Part shown: in pieces, positions 9,492 to 18,158 of the stretch
How the letters are laid out: each line of letters begins with the position of its first letter
Numbering within the stretch: the first letter of the stretch is position 1
Origin: Rubrivivax sp.
GTDB taxonomy: Bacteria; Pseudomonadota; Gammaproteobacteria; Burkholderiales; Burkholderiaceae_C
DNA: 64,000 nucleotides
NCBI GenBank assembly: GCA_016788525.1
Contig: JAEUPD010000222.1
Location: 557-64,556 of the forward strand
Direction: 5' to 3'
The notes under the pieces: model-generated
The model's input: only the letters and a program-made list of their open reading frames with translations
Told to the model about the DNA's origin: nothing
The model's database searches: none
Translations under genes and position numbers: made by a program

Positions 9492-9735
9492 GTCTTCCTC
9501 CTGGTTGAGAACGGGCGCCGAGCCTAGGAGCGACGGCGGAGTGCAGCAAGCCCCGGCGCCGGCCTCAGCTTAGGGAGGAGACGGGCATTTCCCCTCTTGG
9601 GTAGACGAGCGGAGGGCCCGCTGCCGCTTCGCGCCCACCGTCGCAGGAGCGCTTGAACACGCCCTGGACCTTCGTCTTCAGGGCCTGGCCGCCGCTTGCG
9701 GCCTCTCCAGGGCGACCGCGTCGCACCGCGAGGCG

Positions 9736-12477
9736 TCAGCGCACCCCGTCACGCACGGCTTCTGCAAGTTCGCGCACGGCGAAGGCCCGCGGGCTCAGCT
9801 GCTGCTCCAGTTCTGCCAGCGCCTGCTCGGCCGCAGCCCGGGCCTCCGGCGGCGGCCGCATGGCGAACGGTGGCAGCTCGATCGCGGCGGCCGCTGCACG
9901 CAGCCGCCAATGTGTGGGCGCCAGGCGCGAGCGCATCGCCTGCAGCGCGGCGCGGGCCAGCGCCAGGCCTTCGTCGCGCCGGCCCTGCAGCGCCACGGCG
10001 CGGGCCAGCTGCCAGTCCACATCGTCGGTCCGCACGCGGTCGGGCGAGGTCAGGCTCGCGATCACGGCACTGGCGGCTCGCAACTCGCGCTCAGCCTGGG
10101 CGTGGCGTCCGCGGATCATGGCCACGCGAGCCAGGCCGAACCTGGGCGCGACGTGGTCCGCGTGGGCGGGCGGCAGCAACTGGTGGCGCAGCGCCTGCAC
10201 CCGGCGGTACATTGCCTCGGCCTCGTCGATGCGCCCCAGCCCCAGCAGGTTGGTGGCCCGTGACTGCATCGTCGTCACCGTCCAGCGATGGCGCTCGCCG
10301 AACAGCTTCAGGTTGGTGGCCAGCGCGGCGGCGGTGTACGGCTCGGCCTCTGCGAAGCGGCCGCGGTCGATGGCCACCAACGCCACCATGTTCTGCCCGC
10401 GCGCCACGGCAGCGTGCCCCTGCTTGCCGAACACCGACTCGTACTGCGCCAGCACCTCGGCCCACTCGCGACCGGCGCGTTCCAGATCGCCGCGGTCGTA
10501 GTGCACGCCGGCCAGGTTGTTGCGCGTCTGCGCGGTCTCGGCCACCGCGATGCCCAGCCGTTGCTGCATCGCCAGCGCCTCTTCGTACAGCGGCTGCGCG
10601 TCATCCAGCCGGCCCATCGCGTGCAGGCACCAGGCAAGATTGTTCAGCGTCCAGGCGATGTCGCCGTGGTCACCGCCATGGGCCCGGCGCTGCAGCGCCA
10701 GCGCCTCACGGAACACGGGTTCGGCCTCGCTGCGGCGGCGCAGCGCGTTGAGCGACAGCGCCACGTCGCTCAACGCACGCGCGTGGCGTTCGGGCGGCCC
10801 CAGGCGGCGCAGCAGCGCCTCTGCCTGCCGCGCGTGGCCGAGCGACACGTCGAGCCGGCCCTGGTCGTGCGCGACGGTGCCCATGAGCAGCAGGATCTCG
10901 GCGCGGTCGTCGTCGGCGGCCGGGCCGCGCTGTCCGGTCTCGGCCAGCGCTTCTTCGAGCAGCTTCATCGAAGCCTCGTACTCGCCCCAACTGGACTGCG
11001 CGTTGGCCAGCGCCAGGCGCATGCGCGTGGCGACCGCAGGCTCGCCTTCCAGCTCGCGCGGCACTCGTTCGGCAGCGCGCGCCAGCAGGTCCTTCACCGA
11101 GACCTGCCGATCAGCGTCGTTCAGTGCGCCGGTCTTCTCCAGCACCGAGGCGGTGAAGCCGGCGGCACGGTTGGCGCGCCGCTCGGCGGCGAGTGCGCGG
11201 TCGCGTTCTTCGGCCAGGCGCCACGTGAAGGTGGCCGTGCCGCCCACGGCCAACATCACTGCCAGGGCCGAAACCGGGGTCGCCACCGGATGGCGGCGCA
11301 GAAACTTGGCGCTGCGGTAGGCGAAGGTGTCGCGCCGCGCGCGCACGGGCAGGTGCGCCAGGTGGCGTTCGACGTCGTCGGCAAGATCGGCCGCGCTCGC
11401 GTAGCGCCGCTGGGGCTCCTTGCGCAGCGCCATCAGCACGATGTTGTCCAGGTCGCCGGCCAGCTCGCGTGCCAGCCGCTCGGGCGTGAGCGCGCCGCCG
11501 CGGCGTTGCAGCTGCGCCTCGCGCGCCGCGCTGTCGGGAACCGTGCTCACCGCCGTGCTCGGCCGCGGTGGCTCGGTCTCGACGATCGCGCGGGCCAGCG
11601 CCGCAGCGTTGCCGGTGGCCTGCTCGTGTGGCAAGCGGCCGGTGAGCAGGTCGTACAGCAGCACGCCGAGCGCGTAGATGTCACTGGCCGTCGTGATCGG
11701 CCCGCCGGTGATCTGCTCGGGGCTGGCGTGTGTCGGCGTCAGCAGCCGCTCGCCGCTGGCAGTGACGCCGCCATCGGCTTCGGTGAGCTTGGCGATGCCG
11801 AAGTCCAGCAGGCGCGGCGCACCTTCAGCATCGACCAGGATGTTGTTCGGCTTCAAGTCACGATGTACGACAAGGATTCGGTGTGCGTGGTCCACGGCGC
11901 GGCACACCTTCGCGAACAGCCGCAGCCGTGCCGGGAGATCCGGCGCATGGGCTCGGCACCAGTGGTCGATCGGTGCGCCGTCGACGAACTCCATCACCAG
12001 GTAGGGCACGCCGTCATCGGTGTCGCCGCCGTCGAGCAGCCGTGCGATGTGCGGGTGCGCGAGGCGCGCCAGGATCTGCCGCTCCTGCGCGAGCCGCGCG
12101 CGCGCCTGGGCCGAAACGACCGCCGGGTTGAGCAGCTTGATGGCCACCTGCTGCCGGTATTGGCCGTCGGCGCGCTCGCCTCGGTAGACCGCGCCCATGC
12201 CGCCATCGGCCAGGTGGGACACGATGCGCCAGGGGCCCAGGCGCTCGCCGGTGCGACCTTCGCGCTGCGCGCCGGCCCAGCCTGCGGCGGCCCGGGCGAT
12301 GGCCGCCTGCACGAGGTCTGACGGCGTGGACGCTTCGGCAAGCAGGCGCCAGAGATCCTGGGCGAGTACCGCGTCACCCGCGCAGGCCTGTTCGACAAAG
12401 GCGGCCCGACCGGCCAGCGGCTGCGGCAGCGCCTGCTCGAACAACCTCTGAAGCCTGTGCCAGCGGTCCGCATCCAT
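9736..12477 (-). CDS. Membrane-anchored Hanks-type Ser/Thr kinase with extracytoplasmic TPR array
   Basis: GGMGAVY, VAIK, HRDLKPNN, DFG, SPE; one TM segment (VSALAVMLAVGGTATFTW); TPR-like repeats (TLNNLAW, TRNNLAG). Confidence 0.95.
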   Translation of the reverse strand: MDADRWHRLQRLFEQALPQPLAGRAAFVEQACAGDAVLAQDLWRLLAEASTPSDLVQAAIARAAAGWAGAQREGRTGERLGPWRIVSHLADGGMGAVYRGERADGQYRQQVAIKLLNPAVVSAQARARLAQERQILARLAHPHIARLLDGGDTDDGVPYLVMEFVDGAPIDHWCRAHAPDLPARLRLFAKVCRAVDHAHRILVVHRDLKPNNILVDAEGAPRLLDFGIAKLTEADGGVTASGERLLTPTHASPEQITGGPITTASDIYALGVLLYDLLTGRLPHEQATGNAAALARAIVETEPPRPSTAVSTVPDSAAREAQLQRRGGALTPERLARELAGDLDNIVLMALRKEPQRRYASAADLADDVERHLAHLPVRARRDTFAYRSAKFLRRHPVATPVSALAVMLAVGGTATFTWRLAEERDRALAAERRANRAAGFTASVLEKTGALNDADRQVSVKDLLARAAERVPRELEGEPAVATRMRLALANAQSSWGEYEASMKLLEEALAETGQRGPAADDDRAEILLLMGTVAHDQGRLDVSLGHARQAEALLRRLGPPERHARALSDVALSLNALRRRSEAEPVFREALALQRRAHGGDHGDIAWTLNNLAWCLHAMGRLDDAQPLYEEALAMQQRLGIAVAETAQTRNNLAGVHYDRGDLERAGREWAEVLAQYESVFGKQGHAAVARGQNMVALVAIDRGRFAEAEPYTAAALATNLKLFGERHRWTVTTMQSRATNLLGLGRIDEAEAMYRRVQALRHQLLPPAHADHVAPRFGLARVAMIRGRHAQAERELRAASAVIASLTSPDRVRTDDVDWQLARAVALQGRRDEGLALARAALQAMRSRLAPTHWRLRAAAAAIELPPFAMRPPPEARAAAEQALAELEQQLSPRAFAVRELAEAVRDGVR

Positions 12478-12673
12478 CCGACAACTCCACAAAGGGTCGC
12501 TGGCGGCCGCGTCAACCGACGGTCACCGGCGAGCCGACGATAGCCTGCGCAGTAGTCGCCAGGGCGTGGATGTGCGATGCTGGGTGGGCGTCGGTGGGGC
12601 GTGCAGGAGATGTCGGGGAGTCGTCTGCCCCAGCCCGGCCGGCGACAGGAGGGTGACGCCGCACTGGGGCGCA

Positions 12674-12700
12674 CTGGGGAAACGGCCGGGCGATCCTGCT
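12674..12700 (+). promoter_or_regulatory. Putative ECF promoter CTGGGG-N14-TCCTGCT upstream of the caspase-like gene
   Basis: CTGGGGAAACGGCCGGGCGATCCTGCT; same spacing as copies at 14865-14896 and 15268-15299. Confidence 0.7.
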
Positions 12701-12755
12701 GTTGCTGGCAAGACGCCCCGCGTGACGGCGGGATGGCCGAATGAGGGGGCTGAAG

Positions 12756-14288
12756 ATGTCGTGGCAGTGCCAGCTTGAAGCAACAGGGTCTTGTCTGTCG
12801 ACGGGATTCCCGCGCCACTGCGCAGGGCGGCGCCCGGCTGGCGCGCTGCGCACCGTCGCGCTCATGCTTCTCGCGTCGGCCCTGGCCGGTTGTTCCGGAA
12901 CGACGGCGCGCATCCAGCAGCGCGACGTGCGCATCGCGGCCCGGGCGCAGGCCGTCGTGGCCGGCGCGCTGGTGAGCGTCGATGTGCGCTCGGAGGTCGG
13001 CACCTTCAATTCACGCGACGAGCGCGAAAACTACGCCGCATCACTGCGCTCGCTGTTGCAGGCGGCCAATCTGTTCGGCGGCGATGCCGCGGCACCCTAC
13101 TCGCTGCGCGTGACGATCGCGGCCTTCGACATTCCCAAGGCTTCGTTCAGCGGCTTCGACTCGACGCTGGAAACGAAATACGAGCTCAAGGACGCCAAGG
13201 GGCAGGTGGTCTACACCGAGCAGATCTCGAGCGCCGGTTCTGACGACACGGGCTCGGCGCTCGGGCCTGTGCGTCAGAGCCGCTCGCGCACGGTGGCGGT
13301 GGCCAACAACATCGAGACCTTCGTGCAACGCCTGGGCGGCCGGCTGCAGCAGTTGGCCGCGGCCACGCTCCCGGTTGCTGCGTCTTCGCCTGCGCCTGCG
13401 CCTGCGCCCGCGCACGCCAGCCCGCCCGCGCCGGCGACGGCCTCCTCGCAGGGCGCGCCGCCCGCCAGCACCGCCACGGCGCCGCGGCCGGCGGCGCTGA
13501 CGAATCGTCCCAACGCTGCACTGCCCGACTTGGCCCCTGTGACGCTGGCGCCGCTGGCCGTGGCCGGCGACATCGATTTCGGCCGCTACCACGCGCTCAT
13601 CATCGGCAACGACGCCTACCGGCACATTCCTGTGCTCAAGACGGCCATCAGCGATGCGACGCGGCTCGAGCAGATCCTGCGCGAGTCCTATGGCTTCGAG
13701 ACGCAGTTGCTGCGCAATGCAGAGCGCGACCAGATCGTCTCGGCACTGGCCGACTACCGGCGCCGCCTGCAGCCGGCCGACAACCTGCTCATCTACTACG
13801 CCGGGCATGGCTGGGTGGACGAGCAGGCCGACGAGGGGTATTGGCTGCCCGTCGACGCCGGGGCCGAAGACCCGGCGCGCTGGGTGTCCAACGCGACGCT
13901 GACGACCACGCTGCGGACGATCCCGGCCAAGCACATCCTCGTCATCGCCGACAGCTGCTTCTCGGGCAAGCTGACGCGCGGCGTCAACGTGCAGCCGCGC
14001 ACGCACGACTACGTGCGCCGGCTGATGTCGAAGAAGGCGCGCACGGCGCTCACCTCCGGCGGGCTGGAGCCGGTGCTCGACAGCGGCGGCAAGGGCAACC
14101 ACTCGGTCTTCGCCAGCGCCTTGTTCGACGCGCTCACGGCCAACACGGGAGTCGTCGACACCTCGCAGCTGTTCAACGTCATCCGGCGCGAGGTGGCCCT
14201 GGCGGCCGACCAGTTCCCCGAGTACGGCGACATCCGCCGTGCCGGGCACGACGGCGGCGACTTCGTGTTCGTGCGGCGCAAGCGTTAG
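12756..14288 (+). CDS. Lipoprotein with C-terminal caspase-family (peptidase C14) domain
   Basis: Lipobox LAGC; Pro/Ala linker; HALIIGN, YYAGHG (catalytic His), IADSCFSG (catalytic Cys), HSVF; start uncertain. Confidence 0.88.
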   Translation: MSWQCQLEATGSCLSTGFPRHCAGRRPAGALRTVALMLLASALAGCSGTTARIQQRDVRIAARAQAVVAGALVSVDVRSEVGTFNSRDERENYAASLRSLLQAANLFGGDAAAPYSLRVTIAAFDIPKASFSGFDSTLETKYELKDAKGQVVYTEQISSAGSDDTGSALGPVRQSRSRTVAVANNIETFVQRLGGRLQQLAAATLPVAASSPAPAPAPAHASPPAPATASSQGAPPASTATAPRPAALTNRPNAALPDLAPVTLAPLAVAGDIDFGRYHALIIGNDAYRHIPVLKTAISDATRLEQILRESYGFETQLLRNAERDQIVSALADYRRRLQPADNLLIYYAGHGWVDEQADEGYWLPVDAGAEDPARWVSNATLTTTLRTIPAKHILVIADSCFSGKLTRGVNVQPRTHDYVRRLMSKKARTALTSGGLEPVLDSGGKGNHSVFASALFDALTANTGVVDTSQLFNVIRREVALAADQFPEYGDIRRAGHDGGDFVFVRRKR

Positions 14289-14373
14289 CCCGGGCGGGCG
14301 TGCACACCGCGGACCGCGGCGCCCGCGGGGCTCGGGCGCCGGCTGCCAGGCGCCGGCTGGCCGGTGGCGCCGG

Positions 14374-14820
14374 TCAAGAGCGCGCCAGGCTGATCGGGCC
14401 GTTGGAGGAACCGGTCCCGCCGCCCGTGCAGTTGGGGTTGCCGTAGGTGACGCGACGCAACGTGCCGGTGATCTGGTTCCCCGCCAGGCGCAGGTTCGAG
14501 TTCGTCACCTGCAGACAGGGCACCAGAGGGTCGGGCAAGGTTCGCCCGGTGAGTGTCAGCGCACCGGTGCTGTCCACGGTGCCTGCGACCTCGAAGGTGC
14601 GGGTGTCCAGCGTCAGGCGGCCGCCGACGGTGTTGGTGTCGTCGGTGACGGACAGATCCGCGCCGAGTGTCGGCCCGAGGCTCCACGTGCCTGTCCAGCG
14701 CCCGTCGAACGCGCCTCGGGGCGCATCGTCGCCGCCGCCGCAGCCGGGGGCCAGCAAGGCCGCGCCAAGGGTGAGTGCCGCGAGTGCGGCCCGGTCGATC
14801 GAGGGATACCTTGCACTCAT
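14374..14820 (-). CDS. Small beta-rich putative lipoprotein
   Basis: AGGAG RBS; signal peptide ending APGC-GGG; FDGRWTGTW; two further Cys; Gly/Thr-rich strands. Confidence 0.75.
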   Translation of the reverse strand: MSARYPSIDRAALAALTLGAALLAPGCGGGDDAPRGAFDGRWTGTWSLGPTLGADLSVTDDTNTVGGRLTLDTRTFEVAGTVDSTGALTLTGRTLPDPLVPCLQVTNSNLRLAGNQITGTLRRVTYGNPNCTGGGTGSSNGPISLARS

Positions 14821-14864
14821 GCCCGGTGGTCTCCTAGGTTGGCCGGTGCGCAATGCGCGCATCG

Positions 14865-14896
14865 GCTGAAGCAGGAAAGCAGCGCCAATCCCCCAG
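14865..14896 (-). promoter_or_regulatory. Putative ECF promoter upstream of the small lipoprotein
   Basis: Minus strand reads CTGGGGGATTGGCGCTGCTTTCCTGCTTCAGC. Confidence 0.72.
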
Positions 14897-15267
14897 GGCA
14901 TGGTGGCGAGACGAGCGCTGCGCGCACCGGGTGCCGCTCTGCGCGGACAGGCAGCGGATGGGCCCGCGCTACTCCTTCCACGCCGCCGCGGTGCCCTGGG
15001 CGTTGCCAGCGCCGCAGGGTGCCGCCGCCTCCCGCTGCGCCACGCCCGCCAGGTGCGGGCGCAGTGGCGCGCGACGCGCGGCGAGGGCGGTGGCGGCCTC
15101 ACGTTGCGGTCGAGTTCCACCAGCCGGCCGGCGCGGGCGAAGTCGCGGAAGACCGGCCCGTCCTGATCCGGCTTGAACCAGCGCCGGGCGGGGGCCCCGG
15201 GGACGCGAGATCGCGGTTGCCAGCTCCCCCGCGCGGGGGAGTCTGCCGGGCGGAAGGCCCGCCCGGG

Positions 15268-15299
15268 CTGGGGAATGGCCGCCCCGCTCCTGCTTCAGC
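15268..15299 (+). promoter_or_regulatory. Putative ECF promoter upstream of the FG-GAP lipoprotein
   Basis: CTGGGGAATGGCCGCCCCGCTCCTGCTTCAGC. Confidence 0.72.
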
Positions 15300-15377
15300 A
15301 CAGGACGGCCTCCAAGTGCTCGGGCCTTGGGGCGGCAGCAATCGGCCCGGCGTGCTCGATTTCCTGGGAGAACGGCA

Positions 15378-18080
15378 ATGCGAAGTGGACGTGAAGGAGC
15401 CCTGCGCGGGGCATGGCGGCGTGCCACCTGCGCGGCAATGCTGTTGGCGCTGGCGGCCTGCGGTGGGGGTGGCGGCGGCAGCGACCCCGGTGCCGGTGGC
15501 GGCGCGCCGCCCCCGCCGCCGCCCCCGCCCCCGCCGATCGCCACCGGCGACGATGTCGCAGACACGCTCACCCGGCTTGGCGTGGACACCACGGCCACGC
15601 CACGCGTCGATGCCGGCAACCAGCCGCTGCCGGCGAGCTACGCGCCGCTGGGCAAGAAGCGCACCCTGATCAAGAAGAGCGAGATGTTCCTGGCCGGATT
15701 GCCGCTCACCGCCTCGGCCACCGACCAGGTGAACCTGCTGAAGTTCGAGCCAGGCGTGAGCAACGTGCCCGGCGTGCCGAACTCGCCCGACCGAACGCGC
15801 CGGCTGCCCGCGAGCGCGCTGGATGCGAGCTGGAAAAGCAGCCCCTTCAACGCCGCCGCGGCCTGCGACGTGGATGGCGACGGCCAGGAGGACACCGCGC
15901 TGCTGTGGTGGTCGGCCAGCGACAACGCCATCCGGCTGAAGTTCGTCGGCGACCAGGACGAGGCCTTCGCCCAGTCGCCCGTCAGCGTGCTCGGCACGGT
16001 GACCACGCCCTCGCAACTGAAACTCGTCTGCGCCGACTTCGACGGCGACGGCAACGACGACATCGCGTTCGCGCTGGCCAACGACACCGCCGGCACGCTG
16101 ACGCTCGACTTCCTTGCCGGCAGCAAGGGGGCCGGCTACAGCGTCGACGCCGCGCTGCGCAAGACGTTCGATGCGCCCGAGGCCGGCGCGCGCCTTGGCA
16201 TCGAGATGGCCACCGGCCAACTCGACCACGACGCCGGCCTGGAGCTGGGCGTGGTCTTCAACGCCACCTGGGGCAGGGGCCGCAACGCCGCGCCCGGCAC
16301 CGGCCGTGCCGACTACTTCATCTACGACGACCGCGGCGCCGGCTTCGCGCAACTGCGCACAGGCCGCGTCTCCGCCGACATCGGCACCGCCACGCACAAC
16401 GGCGTCACCGCCAACATCGCCATCGGCGACATCGACGGCAACGGCCTGGACAACGTGGTGCTGGCCGCGCTCACCCTGTTCCCGGTGGAATGCGAGGCGA
16501 TCGAGGTCGTGCAGTTCGCCCTCGGCGACGCGGTGGCGGCGTTCCGCAACCTGGGCGCGAACTTCGCGCGCCACTCCAGGGGCGGCTGCGAGAGCGGCGG
16601 CAACAGCGGGCACATCGAGCACCTGTGGGTGCATACGCTCGACATCGACGGCGACCAGGTGAAGGAGATCGTCGTCAACACGCACATCTACGAGGACTTC
16701 AAGCACGCCGGCCAGCCGTGGGCGCCGATGATGGTGGAGACCGGCGGCGCCCAGCCCGTGGCGGCGACGATCCCGCAGATCAACCTGTACAAGACCGGCA
16801 GCGGCGGCAACAGCTGGGCGCGCGTGACACGCGAGTTCGCCACCATGGCCGTGGGGGACGTCACCGCGGACGGCAGGGAGGACATCCTCATCTACAGCTC
16901 GGGCTTCGTGCCCGTCGGGCGCCGCACCAGCGGCAACAGCTCCTTCGACGTCGCCGGCCTGGCCGTCACGGTCTGGGGCATCGACCCCGTCACCGGCCGC
17001 TGGGGCAAGAACCCCTCGCCCAACGGCGGTGCCGCGCACACCGGGCTGCTGTATCTCCAGAACGTCGACTTCACGGTGCAGCGCCTGCCCGGCGCGCCGA
17101 TCGTGCTGCCGGTCAACGTCGACCGCGACAGCACGATGCTGAAGTTCGAGGAGGGTTCGCACCGCGTCGTGTTCAGCGAGCCGATCGTGCACGCCGCGCT
17201 GGCCGCGCCGCCGTGCTGGGGCGATGGTTCGCAGGTCAGCGGCGACTGCCGCACCTCATGGGGCAAGGGCAGCTCGAGCGGCGTCAACGCGTCCGTCTCG
17301 CACGAGATCACCGCGCGCGTGCACAAGGGCGTCACCGGTGGTGTCAGCCTTCCGATCGTCGGCGAGGTGGGCGTTGAAGTGGAGAGGTCCGTGGGCCTGT
17401 CGCTCAAGGTCGAGGCCAGCCTCGGCTACGAGCTGACGCGCACCGTCACCTACACCACCGGCCCGATGGAAGACACGGTGGTGGCCACCGTGATCCCGTA
17501 CGACCAGTACACGTACAGGATCCTGTCGCACCCGGTGTACCCGCAGCTGGTGGGCAAGGACATGGTGATCTCGCTGCCGCGCGTGCCACGCACGATGCAG
17601 ATCGAGCGCCGCTTCTACAACGACAGCCTCGTCGGCACGGGCACGAAGATCGACGCCAGCGTCTTCGCGCACACGATCGGCAACCCGAAGTCCTACCCGA
17701 CCCGCTCGCAGATGCTCGCGCGCAGCGGCAGCACGCGCATCGGGCCGCAGTCGGTGGGGGCGAGCTCGGGCAACCAGTCGGTGGAGATCGCCGAGAGCAC
17801 TGTCGGCGGCTTCACCACCACGGTGGGCCTGTCGTTCGAGACCAGCGTGAAGGCCACGGGCGGCAAGGTGATGGCCGGCTTCAGCGTCGGCAGCACCACC
17901 GAGGCTTCGCTCGGCTTCACGGTGGGCAGCCAGGTGAGCTTTGCCGGCACCGTGGGCGACATGCCGCCAGCCACCTTCAGCCTCGACAAGGCCTACAAGG
18001 TCGGCATGTTCGCCTATAGGCAGAACGCCGCCGCCAGCGACCCGCGGCCGTTCCAGGTGATCAACTACTGGGTGGAGTGA
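15378..18080 (+). CDS. Large lipoprotein with FG-GAP/VCBS repeats and Ser/Thr/Val/Gly-rich beta C-terminus
   Basis: Lipobox LAAC-GGG; poly-Pro; DVDGDGQED, DFDGDGNDD, QLDHDAGLE, DIDGNGLDN, DIDGDQVKE, DVTADGRED loops. Confidence 0.85.
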   Translation: MRSGREGALRGAWRRATCAAMLLALAACGGGGGGSDPGAGGGAPPPPPPPPPPIATGDDVADTLTRLGVDTTATPRVDAGNQPLPASYAPLGKKRTLIKKSEMFLAGLPLTASATDQVNLLKFEPGVSNVPGVPNSPDRTRRLPASALDASWKSSPFNAAAACDVDGDGQEDTALLWWSASDNAIRLKFVGDQDEAFAQSPVSVLGTVTTPSQLKLVCADFDGDGNDDIAFALANDTAGTLTLDFLAGSKGAGYSVDAALRKTFDAPEAGARLGIEMATGQLDHDAGLELGVVFNATWGRGRNAAPGTGRADYFIYDDRGAGFAQLRTGRVSADIGTATHNGVTANIAIGDIDGNGLDNVVLAALTLFPVECEAIEVVQFALGDAVAAFRNLGANFARHSRGGCESGGNSGHIEHLWVHTLDIDGDQVKEIVVNTHIYEDFKHAGQPWAPMMVETGGAQPVAATIPQINLYKTGSGGNSWARVTREFATMAVGDVTADGREDILIYSSGFVPVGRRTSGNSSFDVAGLAVTVWGIDPVTGRWGKNPSPNGGAAHTGLLYLQNVDFTVQRLPGAPIVLPVNVDRDSTMLKFEEGSHRVVFSEPIVHAALAAPPCWGDGSQVSGDCRTSWGKGSSSGVNASVSHEITARVHKGVTGGVSLPIVGEVGVEVERSVGLSLKVEASLGYELTRTVTYTTGPMEDTVVATVIPYDQYTYRILSHPVYPQLVGKDMVISLPRVPRTMQIERRFYNDSLVGTGTKIDASVFAHTIGNPKSYPTRSQMLARSGSTRIGPQSVGASSGNQSVEIAESTVGGFTTTVGLSFETSVKATGGKVMAGFSVGSTTEASLGFTVGSQVSFAGTVGDMPPATFSLDKAYKVGMFAYRQNAAASDPRPFQVINYWVE

Positions 18081-18158
18081 CCGGCGTGCGACCGGTGCAG
18101 GCGCCTCGCGTTGGTGCGGGTGCGGCGCGCCTGCATTTGTCGGAATATGCTTGGGGCC

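Noticed and set aside
12602-12633. CTGGGG...TCCTGC on the minus strand upstream of the kinase
   Set aside because: The spacer is 5 nt longer than in the three matching promoter copies, so it is not counted as the same motif.
15090-15200. Protein-like fragment RWFKPDQDGPVFRDFARAGRLVELDRNV on the minus strand
   Set aside because: No clear start/RBS or recognisable family; cannot be supported as a gene or pseudogene.
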